Virus record (IMG/VR): IMGVR_UViG_3300022747_000006
Location: 1-49,661 of that record
DNA: 49,661 nucleotides
Strand: one strand, 5' to 3'
Source of the DNA: a virus
Both the position numbers and the translations under genes were made by a program. This document shows positions 17,736 through 25,273 of this stretch, one piece after another (within the stretch, counting starts at the first letter, position 1; every line of letters begins with the position of its first letter). The notes beneath the pieces were generated by a model. That model saw nothing but the letters and a program-made list of their open reading frames with translations, did no database searches and was not told where the DNA came from.

Positions 17736-17896
17736 TTCTTTTTAGGTGCTTTCTTAGCAGCAGGAACTTTAGCACCTGCTCGTCGTTGAACATCCAAAGC
17801 AATGGCAATGGCTTGTTTTTGTGGTTTTCCTGCAGCAATCTCTTTCTTAATATTCTCAGAAACAGCTGCTTTAGAGGTTGATTTTTTCAGTGGCAT
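17732..17896 (-). CDS. Small basic hypothetical protein (54 aa, below the ORF-track cutoff)
   Basis: Peptide MPLKKSTSKAAVSENIKKEIAAGKPQKQAIAIALDVQRRAGAKVPAAKKAPKKK. RBS AAGGA. The stop overlaps the exonuclease ATG (ATGA). Confidence 0.4.
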   Translation of the reverse strand: MPLKKSTSKAAVSENIKKEIAAGKPQKQAIAIALDVQRRAGAKVPAAKKAPKKK

Positions 17897-18031
17897 CTTA
17901 GTCCTTTATAAAAAGATGGTATACGTTAGGCTCCCAACATTCATCGCAAATCAAGTTCACTAGAATTGGCCGTGTCCTCCTCGCAGTATACCAGTGCGGA
18001 GCACTCCCTCATTAACGCAAGAGGACGGCGT

Positions 18032-18580
18032 TTACTCTACTTGTGGAATATCAAAGTCAGGCAAGTCATCAAAGCCTGTAGGGCCAGTGTCTTTAGGTTC
18101 AGTACCAAACACATAAGCTTCAAACTGCTTTGCCAAGTCAATCACAGCATCACCAGCAGGTGGTGCTTTAACACCAGCAGTAAGCACAGTAGCAGCACTA
18201 GACAAACTGGACTGACGAACGATGAGAACTTGACGCTGTGCCCGCTCTTCTGCCGTTTCATAGTTGCTCTTAGGAGCAGCAGTAGCTGTTTTACTTGCTG
18301 CAGGAGGAGTTTGAGCACCAGGAACAACCCCGCCCTTCGTGGCAGATACCCAGTCATTGTAGCCCTTGTCATTCTTAACAACCTCAATCTCATAGCTTTC
18401 ACCTGACTGTGCAATTGACAGGATACCAAAGGTATTCTTTGTTGCACCGAAGCTCATGAGTTTCTTTCCTTCAACCTTACCTTGGAAAGAGTTATTTTTG
18501 TAAGCAATGTCTGCTACTTGGTAAGAACCTTTTTGTGTAGGTACAGTTGCAACAGAGACGTTCAAAATTGTAATGTTCAT
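18032..18580 (-). CDS. Single-stranded DNA-binding protein candidate
   Basis: 182 aa with a beta-rich N-terminal 110 aa, a low-complexity linker (PPAASKTATAAP) and an acidic C-terminal tail (GFDDLPDFDIPQVE), as in SSB and gp2.5-type proteins. Located within the replication module. Confidence 0.55.
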   Translation of the reverse strand: MNITILNVSVATVPTQKGSYQVADIAYKNNSFQGKVEGKKLMSFGATKNTFGILSIAQSGESYEIEVVKNDKGYNDWVSATKGGVVPGAQTPPAASKTATAAPKSNYETAEERAQRQVLIVRQSSLSSAATVLTAGVKAPPAGDAVIDLAKQFEAYVFGTEPKDTGPTGFDDLPDFDIPQVE

Positions 18581-18659
18581 AATTTCCTTAAATTGATTTT
18601 CTAATTCAGATACTTTTCTTGTACCTATACTTTAATTGTAGCATACTCAACAAAGAATG

Positions 18660-19361
18660 TCAAGTAAATTTCTTCATTGACTTCATATCAGGCCCAAACT
18701 TTGATTCACAAGCCATTGGAACGCTCCACTTGTACCCAAAGACACTGTAAATACGACTAGGCAAATCCACAAACACTCCGTCAAATATGTTCCGTAAGTC
18801 TCCAAGCCACTTCTCTCTAGTATCGACCACAATACTATCGTGAACAGTAGATATGAAGTCACAAGGAATACCAGCATCTTCAATCCTTTTCTTAGCCATA
18901 ATACGAGCCAACATCATTACATCAGCACCAGTGCCTTGAACTGGGTAGTTTGTAAGAGTTGTCCAAGGAACTTTAAGTTCTCCTCTATAGTCTCGCTTGG
19001 GGGGACAATCCCAACTTCTTCCCATGGGGCCGACGATTGTTTTGCCACCCATAACGGTATCTTTCCATCTTTGATGACAAGAGTCAATGCCCCGATATTT
19101 TGCATAGAATTTTGCATTCATTTCATCCCAGAATTGGCTGCTAGTACTAACGTGCATAAAGTCGGGATCATTGGCGAAAGACCATCCAGAGCCACGATAA
19201 ATGGTACGGAACAGGAAAATCTTTGCAATGAGTCGGCTAGGTAGTCCAAAAGCTTCTTGGTTTTTAGCATGGGTGTCTTCACCTCCTAAAATTTCTTGAA
19301 TACCTACGTTGTCTTTAGCAAGTTCGAGTAGGGTACGCCACTCAAAGCTGCGACGCATCAC
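18660..19361 (-). CDS. DNA polymerase I family, C-terminal fragment (rest of motif A, plus motifs B and C)
   Basis: 233 aa. RRSFEWRTLLELAKD compares with the Pol I segment SQIELRIMAHLSRD. GEDTHAKNQ, RLIAKIFLFRTIYRGS (motif B, R..AK...F...YG) and TVHDSIVVD (motif C, HDE-type). Starts GTG 19361 / ATG 19358. Confidence 0.85.
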   Translation of the reverse strand: MMRRSFEWRTLLELAKDNVGIQEILGGEDTHAKNQEAFGLPSRLIAKIFLFRTIYRGSGWSFANDPDFMHVSTSSQFWDEMNAKFYAKYRGIDSCHQRWKDTVMGGKTIVGPMGRSWDCPPKRDYRGELKVPWTTLTNYPVQGTGADVMMLARIMAKKRIEDAGIPCDFISTVHDSIVVDTREKWLGDLRNIFDGVFVDLPSRIYSVFGYKWSVPMACESKFGPDMKSMKKFT

Positions 19362-19543
19362 ATTGGATTAACATCGCCTACCTCCTTTCGCTTAAGATCT
19401 CCGGCTGCAATTTCTAAAGCTACTTGTGCAGCTACGTGTTTAGCAAAAAGATAGCGATCAAAGACATAGCAAATATTAAATATTTCATCTGGAATGCCTA
19501 CCAAAGACATTGCATAGAGCTCATCAATTTTTTCTTTATTCAT
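19358..19543 (-). CDS. Hypothetical protein (within the polymerase insert)
   Basis: 61-aa ORF. Its stop TGA overlaps the start of the Pol C-fragment. Confidence 0.4.
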   Translation of the reverse strand: MNKEKIDELYAMSLVGIPDEIFNICYVFDRYLFAKHVAAQVALEIAAGDLKRKEVGDVNPM

Positions 19544-19718
19544 TTAAATCATCTACCACAAAAGGAACTGACCGTACATCTGGATATTTTGCAAAAAACT
19601 CTTCTTTGGTAATGTCTTTTCCGATAACAATCTCCTCATATGGAATATTTTTATTCAACAGTTTACTTTTTAGCACCATGCAAGCAGGACAATTGGGTTG
19701 TGAATAAACAGTTTTCAT
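19536..19718 (-). CDS. Glutaredoxin / NrdH-like redoxin (within the polymerase insert)
   Basis: 60 aa. MKTVYSQPNCPACMVLK (CxxC after a beta-strand) and RSVPFVV (cis-Pro loop region) fit a thioredoxin fold. Confidence 0.7.
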   Translation of the reverse strand: MKTVYSQPNCPACMVLKSKLLNKNIPYEEIVIGKDITKEEFFAKYPDVRSVPFVVDDLNE

Positions 19719-19900
19719 TTTCTCAACAATGCTGCAACAGGTTTCTCTGGAAAGCGATTGATTTGTACTTTCATTTCCTGAAACAAATCAGGATAGAATG
19801 ATTGGAAGTCTGCAAGCACTCGTCGTGCTCCATATTGTTGCATAGATGATGCCAAAGTTACCATCACGTCGTTATAGTCCAGAAGTTCTTGTTCATTCAT
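19715..19900 (-). CDS. Hypothetical protein (within the polymerase insert)
   Basis: 61-aa ORF, overlap-coupled on both sides. Confidence 0.4.
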   Translation of the reverse strand: MNEQELLDYNDVMVTLASSMQQYGARRVLADFQSFYPDLFQEMKVQINRFPEKPVAALLRK

Positions 19901-20109
19901 TTATCAATCCTATCATCAAAACAGGCACATCCACGTTCAAGGCATCCTATATCCATCTTTTGTGAAAGATTGACTATACTAGCCTCCCATCCACGTTTAA
20001 AGGCTGTATAGCGCCTATTAGCCAACTCCTGTCCCTCCTCGGTCATTGGAACTTGCCAAGATTCTGCTTCTCTCCATGCAAGGTATATATCCCGTTCTTC
20101 ATCAGTCAT
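19897..20109 (-). CDS. Hypothetical protein (within the polymerase insert)
   Basis: 70-aa ORF. The ATG at 20109 overlaps the end of the Pol N-fragment. Confidence 0.4.
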   Translation of the reverse strand: MTDEERDIYLAWREAESWQVPMTEEGQELANRRYTAFKRGWEASIVNLSQKMDIGCLERGCACFDDRIDK

Positions 20110-21235
20110 AATATTTACTCACAAAAATGTCTTGTAGTTCAGAGGCGAAGTTTTGCAAATTGGGTTTACTACTACTAAGCCTTCCTGTTTGAGCAATGGT
20201 TTGATTGAAGTTGCCATGTAACAAGCCAGGTTCCCAATGCATTTCTTCTCTAAGTTTCACTAGTCCGGTATAATAGGTTCCATTAAGTTTTTCTAGTTTG
20301 GAGAGTTCCAAGATGAGGTCTACAAGAGCACGTTTACCTTTCAGCTTACGTAAGGTAGATTCATCTACTGCATAATTACCTTCCTTAGCCATTTCACTGC
20401 CCTTCAATGGAGTGAACATACGAGGAAGCTTGTGCTCAATAATTATGTTTTTGTACTTGGGCTGCCCGGCTTTCTGTCCAGATTTAAAATACCCGATATG
20501 TTCCTTGCCATCTTCTTTAACTGTTCCGCCATAAAGAAAGGCAGACAAATGGTCATTAGAGGCAAAATTAATAGGAATGTTAGGATAGATAGCTTTGAGT
20601 TTTCCCTTAATCTCTGTGATCTTGTCATCCACCTCCTGTGATCGTTGTTTACAAAGCTGTTCGTCAAATGGAATGCCGTTGCCTTCCATTTCCTGTAGGA
20701 TTTGCAGGTCTTGACACATCAAGTAACAAAGCTTCACTTGGGCAGGAGACATAAGCTTTCGTTGTGCATGGTAACAAGCAAGTGTTAGCTCGGCATCTCT
20801 AGTCGCGTATTCTTCCAGCACATCCCAAGGGATTTCGTCTGTGTTAATTCCTTTATCCCAATACTCTGTTTTAACTACGTCGAGTTTAGGCTCGAAGCCA
20901 TACTTGAGAGCTGTTTCATTTAAGCTAGGCAGTCGATTCGTTTGGTTGGACAGGATGAACTCTGCGATTTGCACATCCCAGATTTGCTTTCGTCGCAAGA
21001 TTGATAGACCGTACTTGAGCAACCAGTGCAAGTCGAACTTGAAGTTGAATCCAATAACCAGTCGAACACCTTGGAGAAGATTTTGCACCAGAACAATGTT
21101 ATCACTATGATGAGCACCACTCCCAATGGTACTAGTAGGGCTAGCATAACTAATGCAAACAAGCTTGTTACGACTGTCATAAGCGTTCCCTTTATTCCAT
21201 GTTGTTGTTTCGGTATCGAGGGCTAAGACATTCAT
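20102..21235 (-). CDS. DNA polymerase I family, N-terminal fragment (3'-5' exonuclease plus the polymerase domain up to motif A)
   Basis: 377 aa with Exo I LALDTETT and TGRLSSSKPNLQNF (Pol I: TGRLSSTDPNLQNIP). It ends ...ELQDIFVSKYYD followed by TGA TGA. Confidence 0.85.
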   Translation of the reverse strand: MNVLALDTETTTWNKGNAYDSRNKLVCISYASPTSTIGSGAHHSDNIVLVQNLLQGVRLVIGFNFKFDLHWLLKYGLSILRRKQIWDVQIAEFILSNQTNRLPSLNETALKYGFEPKLDVVKTEYWDKGINTDEIPWDVLEEYATRDAELTLACYHAQRKLMSPAQVKLCYLMCQDLQILQEMEGNGIPFDEQLCKQRSQEVDDKITEIKGKLKAIYPNIPINFASNDHLSAFLYGGTVKEDGKEHIGYFKSGQKAGQPKYKNIIIEHKLPRMFTPLKGSEMAKEGNYAVDESTLRKLKGKRALVDLILELSKLEKLNGTYYTGLVKLREEMHWEPGLLHGNFNQTIAQTGRLSSSKPNLQNFASELQDIFVSKYYD

Positions 21236-21377
21236 TTAGTTTTTCAATTTCATTAGCTGCTTCCTCTAGTAGATCGGCCAGTCGATCTGGCTTCCCTTCC
21301 TGTACACTTTTTCTTGTGACGATTTGTCTACGTATTTGTGCACGGATACGCAGGCGTTCTATTAGATCATGCATCAT
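21192..21377 (-). CDS. Hypothetical protein
   Basis: The track ORF is 21192..21413. The ATG at 21377 (MMHDLIERLR...) overlaps the upstream stop and is the more plausible coupled start. Confidence 0.35.
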   Translation of the reverse strand: MMHDLIERLRIRAQIRRQIVTRKSVQEGKPDRLADLLEEAANEIEKLNECLSPRYRNNNME

Positions 21378-21603
21378 AATAGGTTGACATATGTACCTCA
21401 AAAGAAACATCATCCTTAGTAAATCCCTTGTCTACAAATTCTTGCATACAAGCATCACGAAAATCTTCTGCTCCTTCTAAGAAGGGAAATACTCCTACAG
21501 CAGTGGCAGAAGGATAACGCATAACAATGTAACAATTGGCTCGATGTTTTGGGAATCGCATTTTTACAAAAGGCCTTTCATTAAATATCTTCGTAGCGGG
21601 CAA
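21367..21603 (-). CDS. Hypothetical protein
   Basis: 78-aa ORF overlapping the helicase 3' end by 23 nt. Confidence 0.4.
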   Translation of the reverse strand: MPATKIFNERPFVKMRFPKHRANCYIVMRYPSATAVGVFPFLEGAEDFRDACMQEFVDKGFTKDDVSFEVHMSTYYDA

Positions 21604-22166
21604 TGCCCGGATTGATCAACACTTCACGCTTGCCATGGCGCTGGTCAGGAATGGTGTCTTCATCGCCAATAAGTTTATTCTTACTTGCATGGAGATAACG
21701 AACATTCTCATAACCGGCATCAGGAATCTTACCAATACCTACAATCCAATCTGCTTCTGCCTGTTTAGCTGTCTTGGCATTAGCAACGTGTCCCATGTTG
21801 AGCCACTTCTGGCCCTCACCGGTTCCGTCTGCTTGACACACAGCAATTACAGGACAGTATTCTTTGGCAAGTTCCCGTCCCCATTGATACATTGCACCAA
21901 GACGCAAGTCTTCACGGTCATTACTGAAGCCGTGTACCTTATCAATCTGGTCAAAGATAATTAGAGAGGGCTTGTACTGCTTACATACTTGCTCAACGGT
22001 GGACTTAGTGATAACCCCACTGTCAAAGATTTTATGCTTACCCTTAGTCTTCTCCATGAACTTAGTTCGATTGCCTTTAAGGTCGGCAAACAGCTGTGTC
22101 ATGTTCAGTCCAAGAGAGGCTTGATAACAACGGAGTTTTACTTTGTTACCTTGTTCTTCGTTATTA
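21581..22166 (-). CDS. Replicative (T7 gp4 / DnaB-like) helicase, exon 2
   Basis: The frame is open from 22166, upstream of the first ATG (22102), and reads (F)NNEEQGNKVKLRCYQASLGLNMTQLF...IIFDQIDKV (Walker B-like)...VIAVCQADGTGE...RYLHASKNK. The NNEE segment corresponds to the T7 gp4 segment LAMLEES that follows Walker A. Confidence 0.7.
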
Positions 22167-22899
22167 CTTGATGTTCGGAGTAGTTCGTTAAGCTACTCCC
22201 GGCTATGCCAGCTACATGTTCCCATGTAGAACAGACTATATCATCGTCCTTAGGACGTTCCGCACTTCCACTCACTTGAGTGTACGCCTTTCGGCTAGTC
22301 GTTACACCTTTATACATAACTATACAATTGCCCGTTCCAAATTTTTCCAATAACAGATCGAGTAACACCAAATTGATCAGCAACTTTTTGTTGCGTTTCC
22401 TCAGTGATTGTCTTAATCTGCTTAACCTGTTCAATAGTCAGTTTATTTTTAAACAGTCCGGTTTCATGAGCATGTCTAGTATTTTCTGACTTAGTTACCC
22501 ACTCTAGATTGGAGAGTAGATTGCAGGACTTGTCGCCATTTTTATGATTGACATCTAGATTAGGGGCATGTGCTGGAGCAAAGGTAGACAATACTACCCG
22601 ATGAACTAAGCACAGTCTTCCTTGCGGACGTTTCTCATTAAACAGTTTGACTACTTTGTATCCCTTTCCATTATCCACGGCAGAAAGTATTTTACCCTTC
22701 TTGTCGCTGCGAATAAGGCCATTAGGATTCACAGAGTAGTTTGGATAATCTGGAATTATTTTAAAATTACCGGCCATGTTGGGCCTCCTATATTGTGGTA
22801 GGTTGTTATGTATACTTGGCTCGGGATTACCTGTTCTAGGCTTCCCCCGAATTCACGGAATTTTCAAATAAGATTGCTCTTATAGGGGTCTATTAGTTA
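22167..22899 (-). mobile_element. Putative group I intron (733 nt) carrying an HNH homing endonuclease ORF
   Basis: The 5' exon ends in U (22900), which can wobble-pair with G22890 in a GGUU:GACC P1-like helix. The intron ends in G (22167). Joining the exons restores ...GPIIWF|NNEEQG... in frame (536+586 nt, 374 codons). The non-ORF parts are densely hairpinned (GCCgaaaGGC, CGTCCtaaGGACG, CTACATGggaaCATGTAG, GGAGTAGcttaacgaaCTACTCC). Confidence 0.6.
22310..22777 (-). CDS. HNH homing endonuclease (NUMOD4-like N-terminus, HNH, C-terminal HTH; I-HmuI-like architecture)
   Basis: 155 aa with YPNYSVNPNGLIRS (NUMOD4-like), VHRVVLSTF...VNHKNGDKSCNLLSNLEWVTKSENTRH (HNH) and QQKVADQFGVTRSVIGKIWNG (HTH). 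Confidence 0.85.
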   Translation of the reverse strand: MAGNFKIIPDYPNYSVNPNGLIRSDKKGKILSAVDNGKGYKVVKLFNEKRPQGRLCLVHRVVLSTFAPAHAPNLDVNHKNGDKSCNLLSNLEWVTKSENTRHAHETGLFKNKLTIEQVKQIKTITEETQQKVADQFGVTRSVIGKIWNGQLYSYV

Positions 22900-23435
22900 A
22901 ACCAGATGATGGGCCCGCTGTCAGGACTAAGTTGTTCAGCCATGAAAGTTGTTTCTGAAGCGAGGAATGTTGTTTTGCCCGTTTCGGGTCGAGCGAATAT
23001 AAATCCGAAATCGCCTTTGCGTAGGCTACCCAACATTTGATTAAGTGTTGATAAGCGCCATCTAAGTCCTTGTTGTTTGACTGCACTATCTGCAAGCTCC
23101 TCTAGATCGTCTGAAATGAACTCAAACTTTTCTTCCTTAGCAGCAACTTCCTGTGTCTTAAGGAAACCACTGAGCATATCACTCATCTTAGCAATCTCAA
23201 GCTTACCCTGAGTTACGTCATATGCTGCAAGAGAAATTTCTTTGAGTTGTTTGTTAGACAGGATGGAATTGATAAGGGTGTAGGTTGTTTCTGGTGAAAC
23301 TTCCAAGTCCTTAAGATTTTCAATCACACCAAGATAATAATCCTTGTCCTTATTGGACAAAGCAAACAACAAGTTAGCTAAGTCATGTACAGAAAGATTA
23401 TGTTGTTCTTCATTTTGAAGATGGTAGTTATTCAA
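22900..23435 (-). CDS. Replicative (T7 gp4 / DnaB-like) helicase, exon 1
   Basis: Walker A GFIFARPETGKTTF. If unspliced, the frame stops right after ...GPIIWFN. The listed TTG start (23435) has no RBS; see the finding on an upstream ATT at 23552. Confidence 0.7.
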
Positions 23436-23588
23436 TACAGAATAAACAGGCTGTACTTCTTTTGTTAAATCAGTAACAGTAAGTTTATCTTTGAATGTAT
23501 TCCAAATACTATATGTAAGGAATAGTTTGATAATAGATATTTCTGGATTAATAGTATACTCCTTGTAAAGTTATCTCCTTATATTATT

Positions 23589-23618
23589 ATTGTACCATAC
23601 ACATCTCCTGTTTGTCAA
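23589..23618 (-). promoter_or_regulatory. Sigma70-like promoter upstream of the helicase gene
   Basis: Minus strand reads TTGACA (23618..23613), an 18-nt spacer, then TACAAT (23594..23589), in a 190-bp AT-rich gap. Confidence 0.5.
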
Positions 23619-23627
23619 GCATTATTT

Positions 23628-23927
23628 TTAGCTGTCCATTTCTTCATCGGCAAGCGGTACATACAAAGTATTCATTGTCTCGAAACTACCATCTGGAAAC
23701 TTAGTAAGAACCTTAGAAGTTCTAACCATATTCTGTCCCCAGACATAGTGATTTACTGTACGTACATGGGCAATCTCATTTCCAGGAAACATCTCTGTAT
23801 CAAAGGAAGCTTTCCCAATGAACTTAACAGTAGGTTTCTGCTTCTTACCAAAAATACGGTCGTATCCCTCATCAAATGCTTTCTTGTCTTCTGGACGACG
23901 GTTGTCGCCTTTACCTGCTTCTCTCAT
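23628..23927 (-). CDS. Hypothetical protein
   Basis: The track ORF is 23628..23975. The ATG at 23927 (MREAGKGDNRRPEDKKAFDEGYDRIFG...) overlaps the upstream stop (ATGA). Confidence 0.45.
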   Translation of the reverse strand: MREAGKGDNRRPEDKKAFDEGYDRIFGKKQKPTVKFIGKASFDTEMFPGNEIAHVRTVNHYVWGQNMVRTSKVLTKFPDGSFETMNTLYVPLADEEMDS

Positions 23928-24145
23928 ACTGGTATATCCTCTTGTACAGTTGGACAAACTGAGACATCTGTCCATGCAGCAAAGTAATGATTTAGACCTT
24001 CTTCATCTTTGCACCAGCAATACATACCATCCAGTTTGATGTATTTGTAGTATGCATCGTAATCTACTTCCTCACTATCTGGAGGAGTAGTGGGTTGCTC
24101 TTGTAAAAGAAAGGTTTGTCCTGATTTTAGTTCATAAAGTTTCAT
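23924..24145 (-). CDS. Hypothetical protein
   Basis: 73-aa ORF. The ATG overlaps the primase stop (ATGA). Confidence 0.45.
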   Translation of the reverse strand: MKLYELKSGQTFLLQEQPTTPPDSEEVDYDAYYKYIKLDGMYCWCKDEEGLNHYFAAWTDVSVCPTVQEDIPV

Positions 24146-24861
24146 TTCAAAAATTCCTGTAGTTCTTCTGTAGAATATTCCTTAGGATCTTTGGGAGTAA
24201 AAATTGTACTAGCATTCCATCCCAAAAACTTAGCTGCTTCTGCTATTTCACATGCTTCCTTCCACTTGTCATCATCCAACCACACGATTAAACGCTCGTA
24301 AAGGGGCCTTAAAGCGGCTAAACGAGAGCGTCCTATACTAGTCCCTAGGAGGGGCATTCCAGTGGCTACACGGCCCACCTTAATAGCTGACAAAACATCC
24401 TCAGTGAATACCAAAGTAGTACCTGTTCCATACCTTGTATCACTCAAAGACTTGTCTCCTATGTTGTAATACTTTGCTTTGCTTGCCCGTTTAGGATTAA
24501 AGTTTTTGGCTTGGATACAACAAAGGTGTCCGTCTTTGTCGTAGAGGGGGATGAGAAGTTGTTCCCATCCAGGACTCCATTTAAGCCCTGCATGTATAAC
24601 CTCGCGTCCCAATAGTCCATACGACGATAGCCAATTAGTTGCTCTTTCATCCAAAGTGGAATCTGCATCTGCTGGGAACTCCACTGCTGATTCATCATTG
24701 CTTCCTTCAGTCTGCCCATCACGTTCTCCTACAAAAGGTGATATGTTTGCTGATTCATAGTGGTGACAACCAAAACAGAAAGCACTTCCATCGGAATATC
24801 TACCTAGGTTATCCCTGCTTCCGCATGACGGACATGCCTCATGTTTTACAAATGTTGCCAT
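24142..24861 (-). CDS. DNA primase (T7-type zinc ribbon plus TOPRIM)
   Basis: CPSCGSRDNLGRYSDGSAFCFGCHHYE compares with the T7 gp4 segment CDNCGSSDGNSLFSDGHTFCYVCEKW. TOPRIM motifs LVFTEDVLSAIKV and IVWLDDDKWKEA. The ATG at 24861 has AAGGAG 7 nt upstream; the track start at 24894 is less likely. Confidence 0.8.
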   Translation of the reverse strand: MATFVKHEACPSCGSRDNLGRYSDGSAFCFGCHHYESANISPFVGERDGQTEGSNDESAVEFPADADSTLDERATNWLSSYGLLGREVIHAGLKWSPGWEQLLIPLYDKDGHLCCIQAKNFNPKRASKAKYYNIGDKSLSDTRYGTGTTLVFTEDVLSAIKVGRVATGMPLLGTSIGRSRLAALRPLYERLIVWLDDDKWKEACEIAEAAKFLGWNASTIFTPKDPKEYSTEELQEFLK

Positions 24862-25273
24862 TGTTCTTCTCCTTGGGTTTGGCTTCGATGGCAAGTCGGT
24901 ATGCTTTGCTCAGATACTCTTCATCTGGCTCCTGCACAGGTGCTGCGGGCAGAAATTGGCGAACCAAGCCTTCAATTGACGCGAAGCCTTTCTTGTATTG
25001 GTCGCGCCAAGAAACGGCCTCTGCTTTTGTTTTAAACAGCATCATTTCGTCCGTTGATGTGTGCCAACCGGCCCACGCCACAGGCTCCTGCTCTGGCTGC
25101 TCCAGTCTTGCTCGGATGGCGGTGATGGCTTTTTCGTACTTGGCACAAATGTCCTTGTCGACTTTCAGTCCGTATTTTTTAAAGTCAACGCCATAACCTT
25201 CTTCAAGTTCATTGGCCATTTCCAACGCCTTCAGCGCCTGCTCCATTAGTTGTTTGTTAGTCATGGTTGTCAT
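24839..25273 (-). CDS. Hypothetical protein
   Basis: The track ORF is 24839..25321. The ATG at 25273 (MTTMTNKQLMEQALKALE...) overlaps the upstream TGA (ATGA). This stretch is visibly GC-richer. Confidence 0.45.
   Translation of the reverse strand: MTTMTNKQLMEQALKALEMANELEEGYGVDFKKYGLKVDKDICAKYEKAITAIRARLEQPEQEPVAWAGWHTSTDEMMLFKTKAEAVSWRDQYKKGFASIEGLVRQFLPAAPVQEPDEEYLSKAYRLAIEAKPKEKNNGNICKT

Noticed and set aside
19356-20104. Intein or group I intron as the explanation for the split DNA polymerase
   Set aside because: An intein is impossible because the reading frame is closed by TGA TGA and the insert is in other frames. A group I intron is unlikely because the 5' junction giving the correct motif follows C rather than U. 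In addition the 749 nt are fully occupied by four tightly coupled ORFs, leaving no room for a ribozyme core.
22138-22434. 98-aa minus-strand ORF overlapping the 3' part of the HNH gene and the intron 3' region
   Set aside because: It is out of frame with both the HNH endonuclease and helicase exon 2, lies in the hairpin-rich intron core, and shows no motif.
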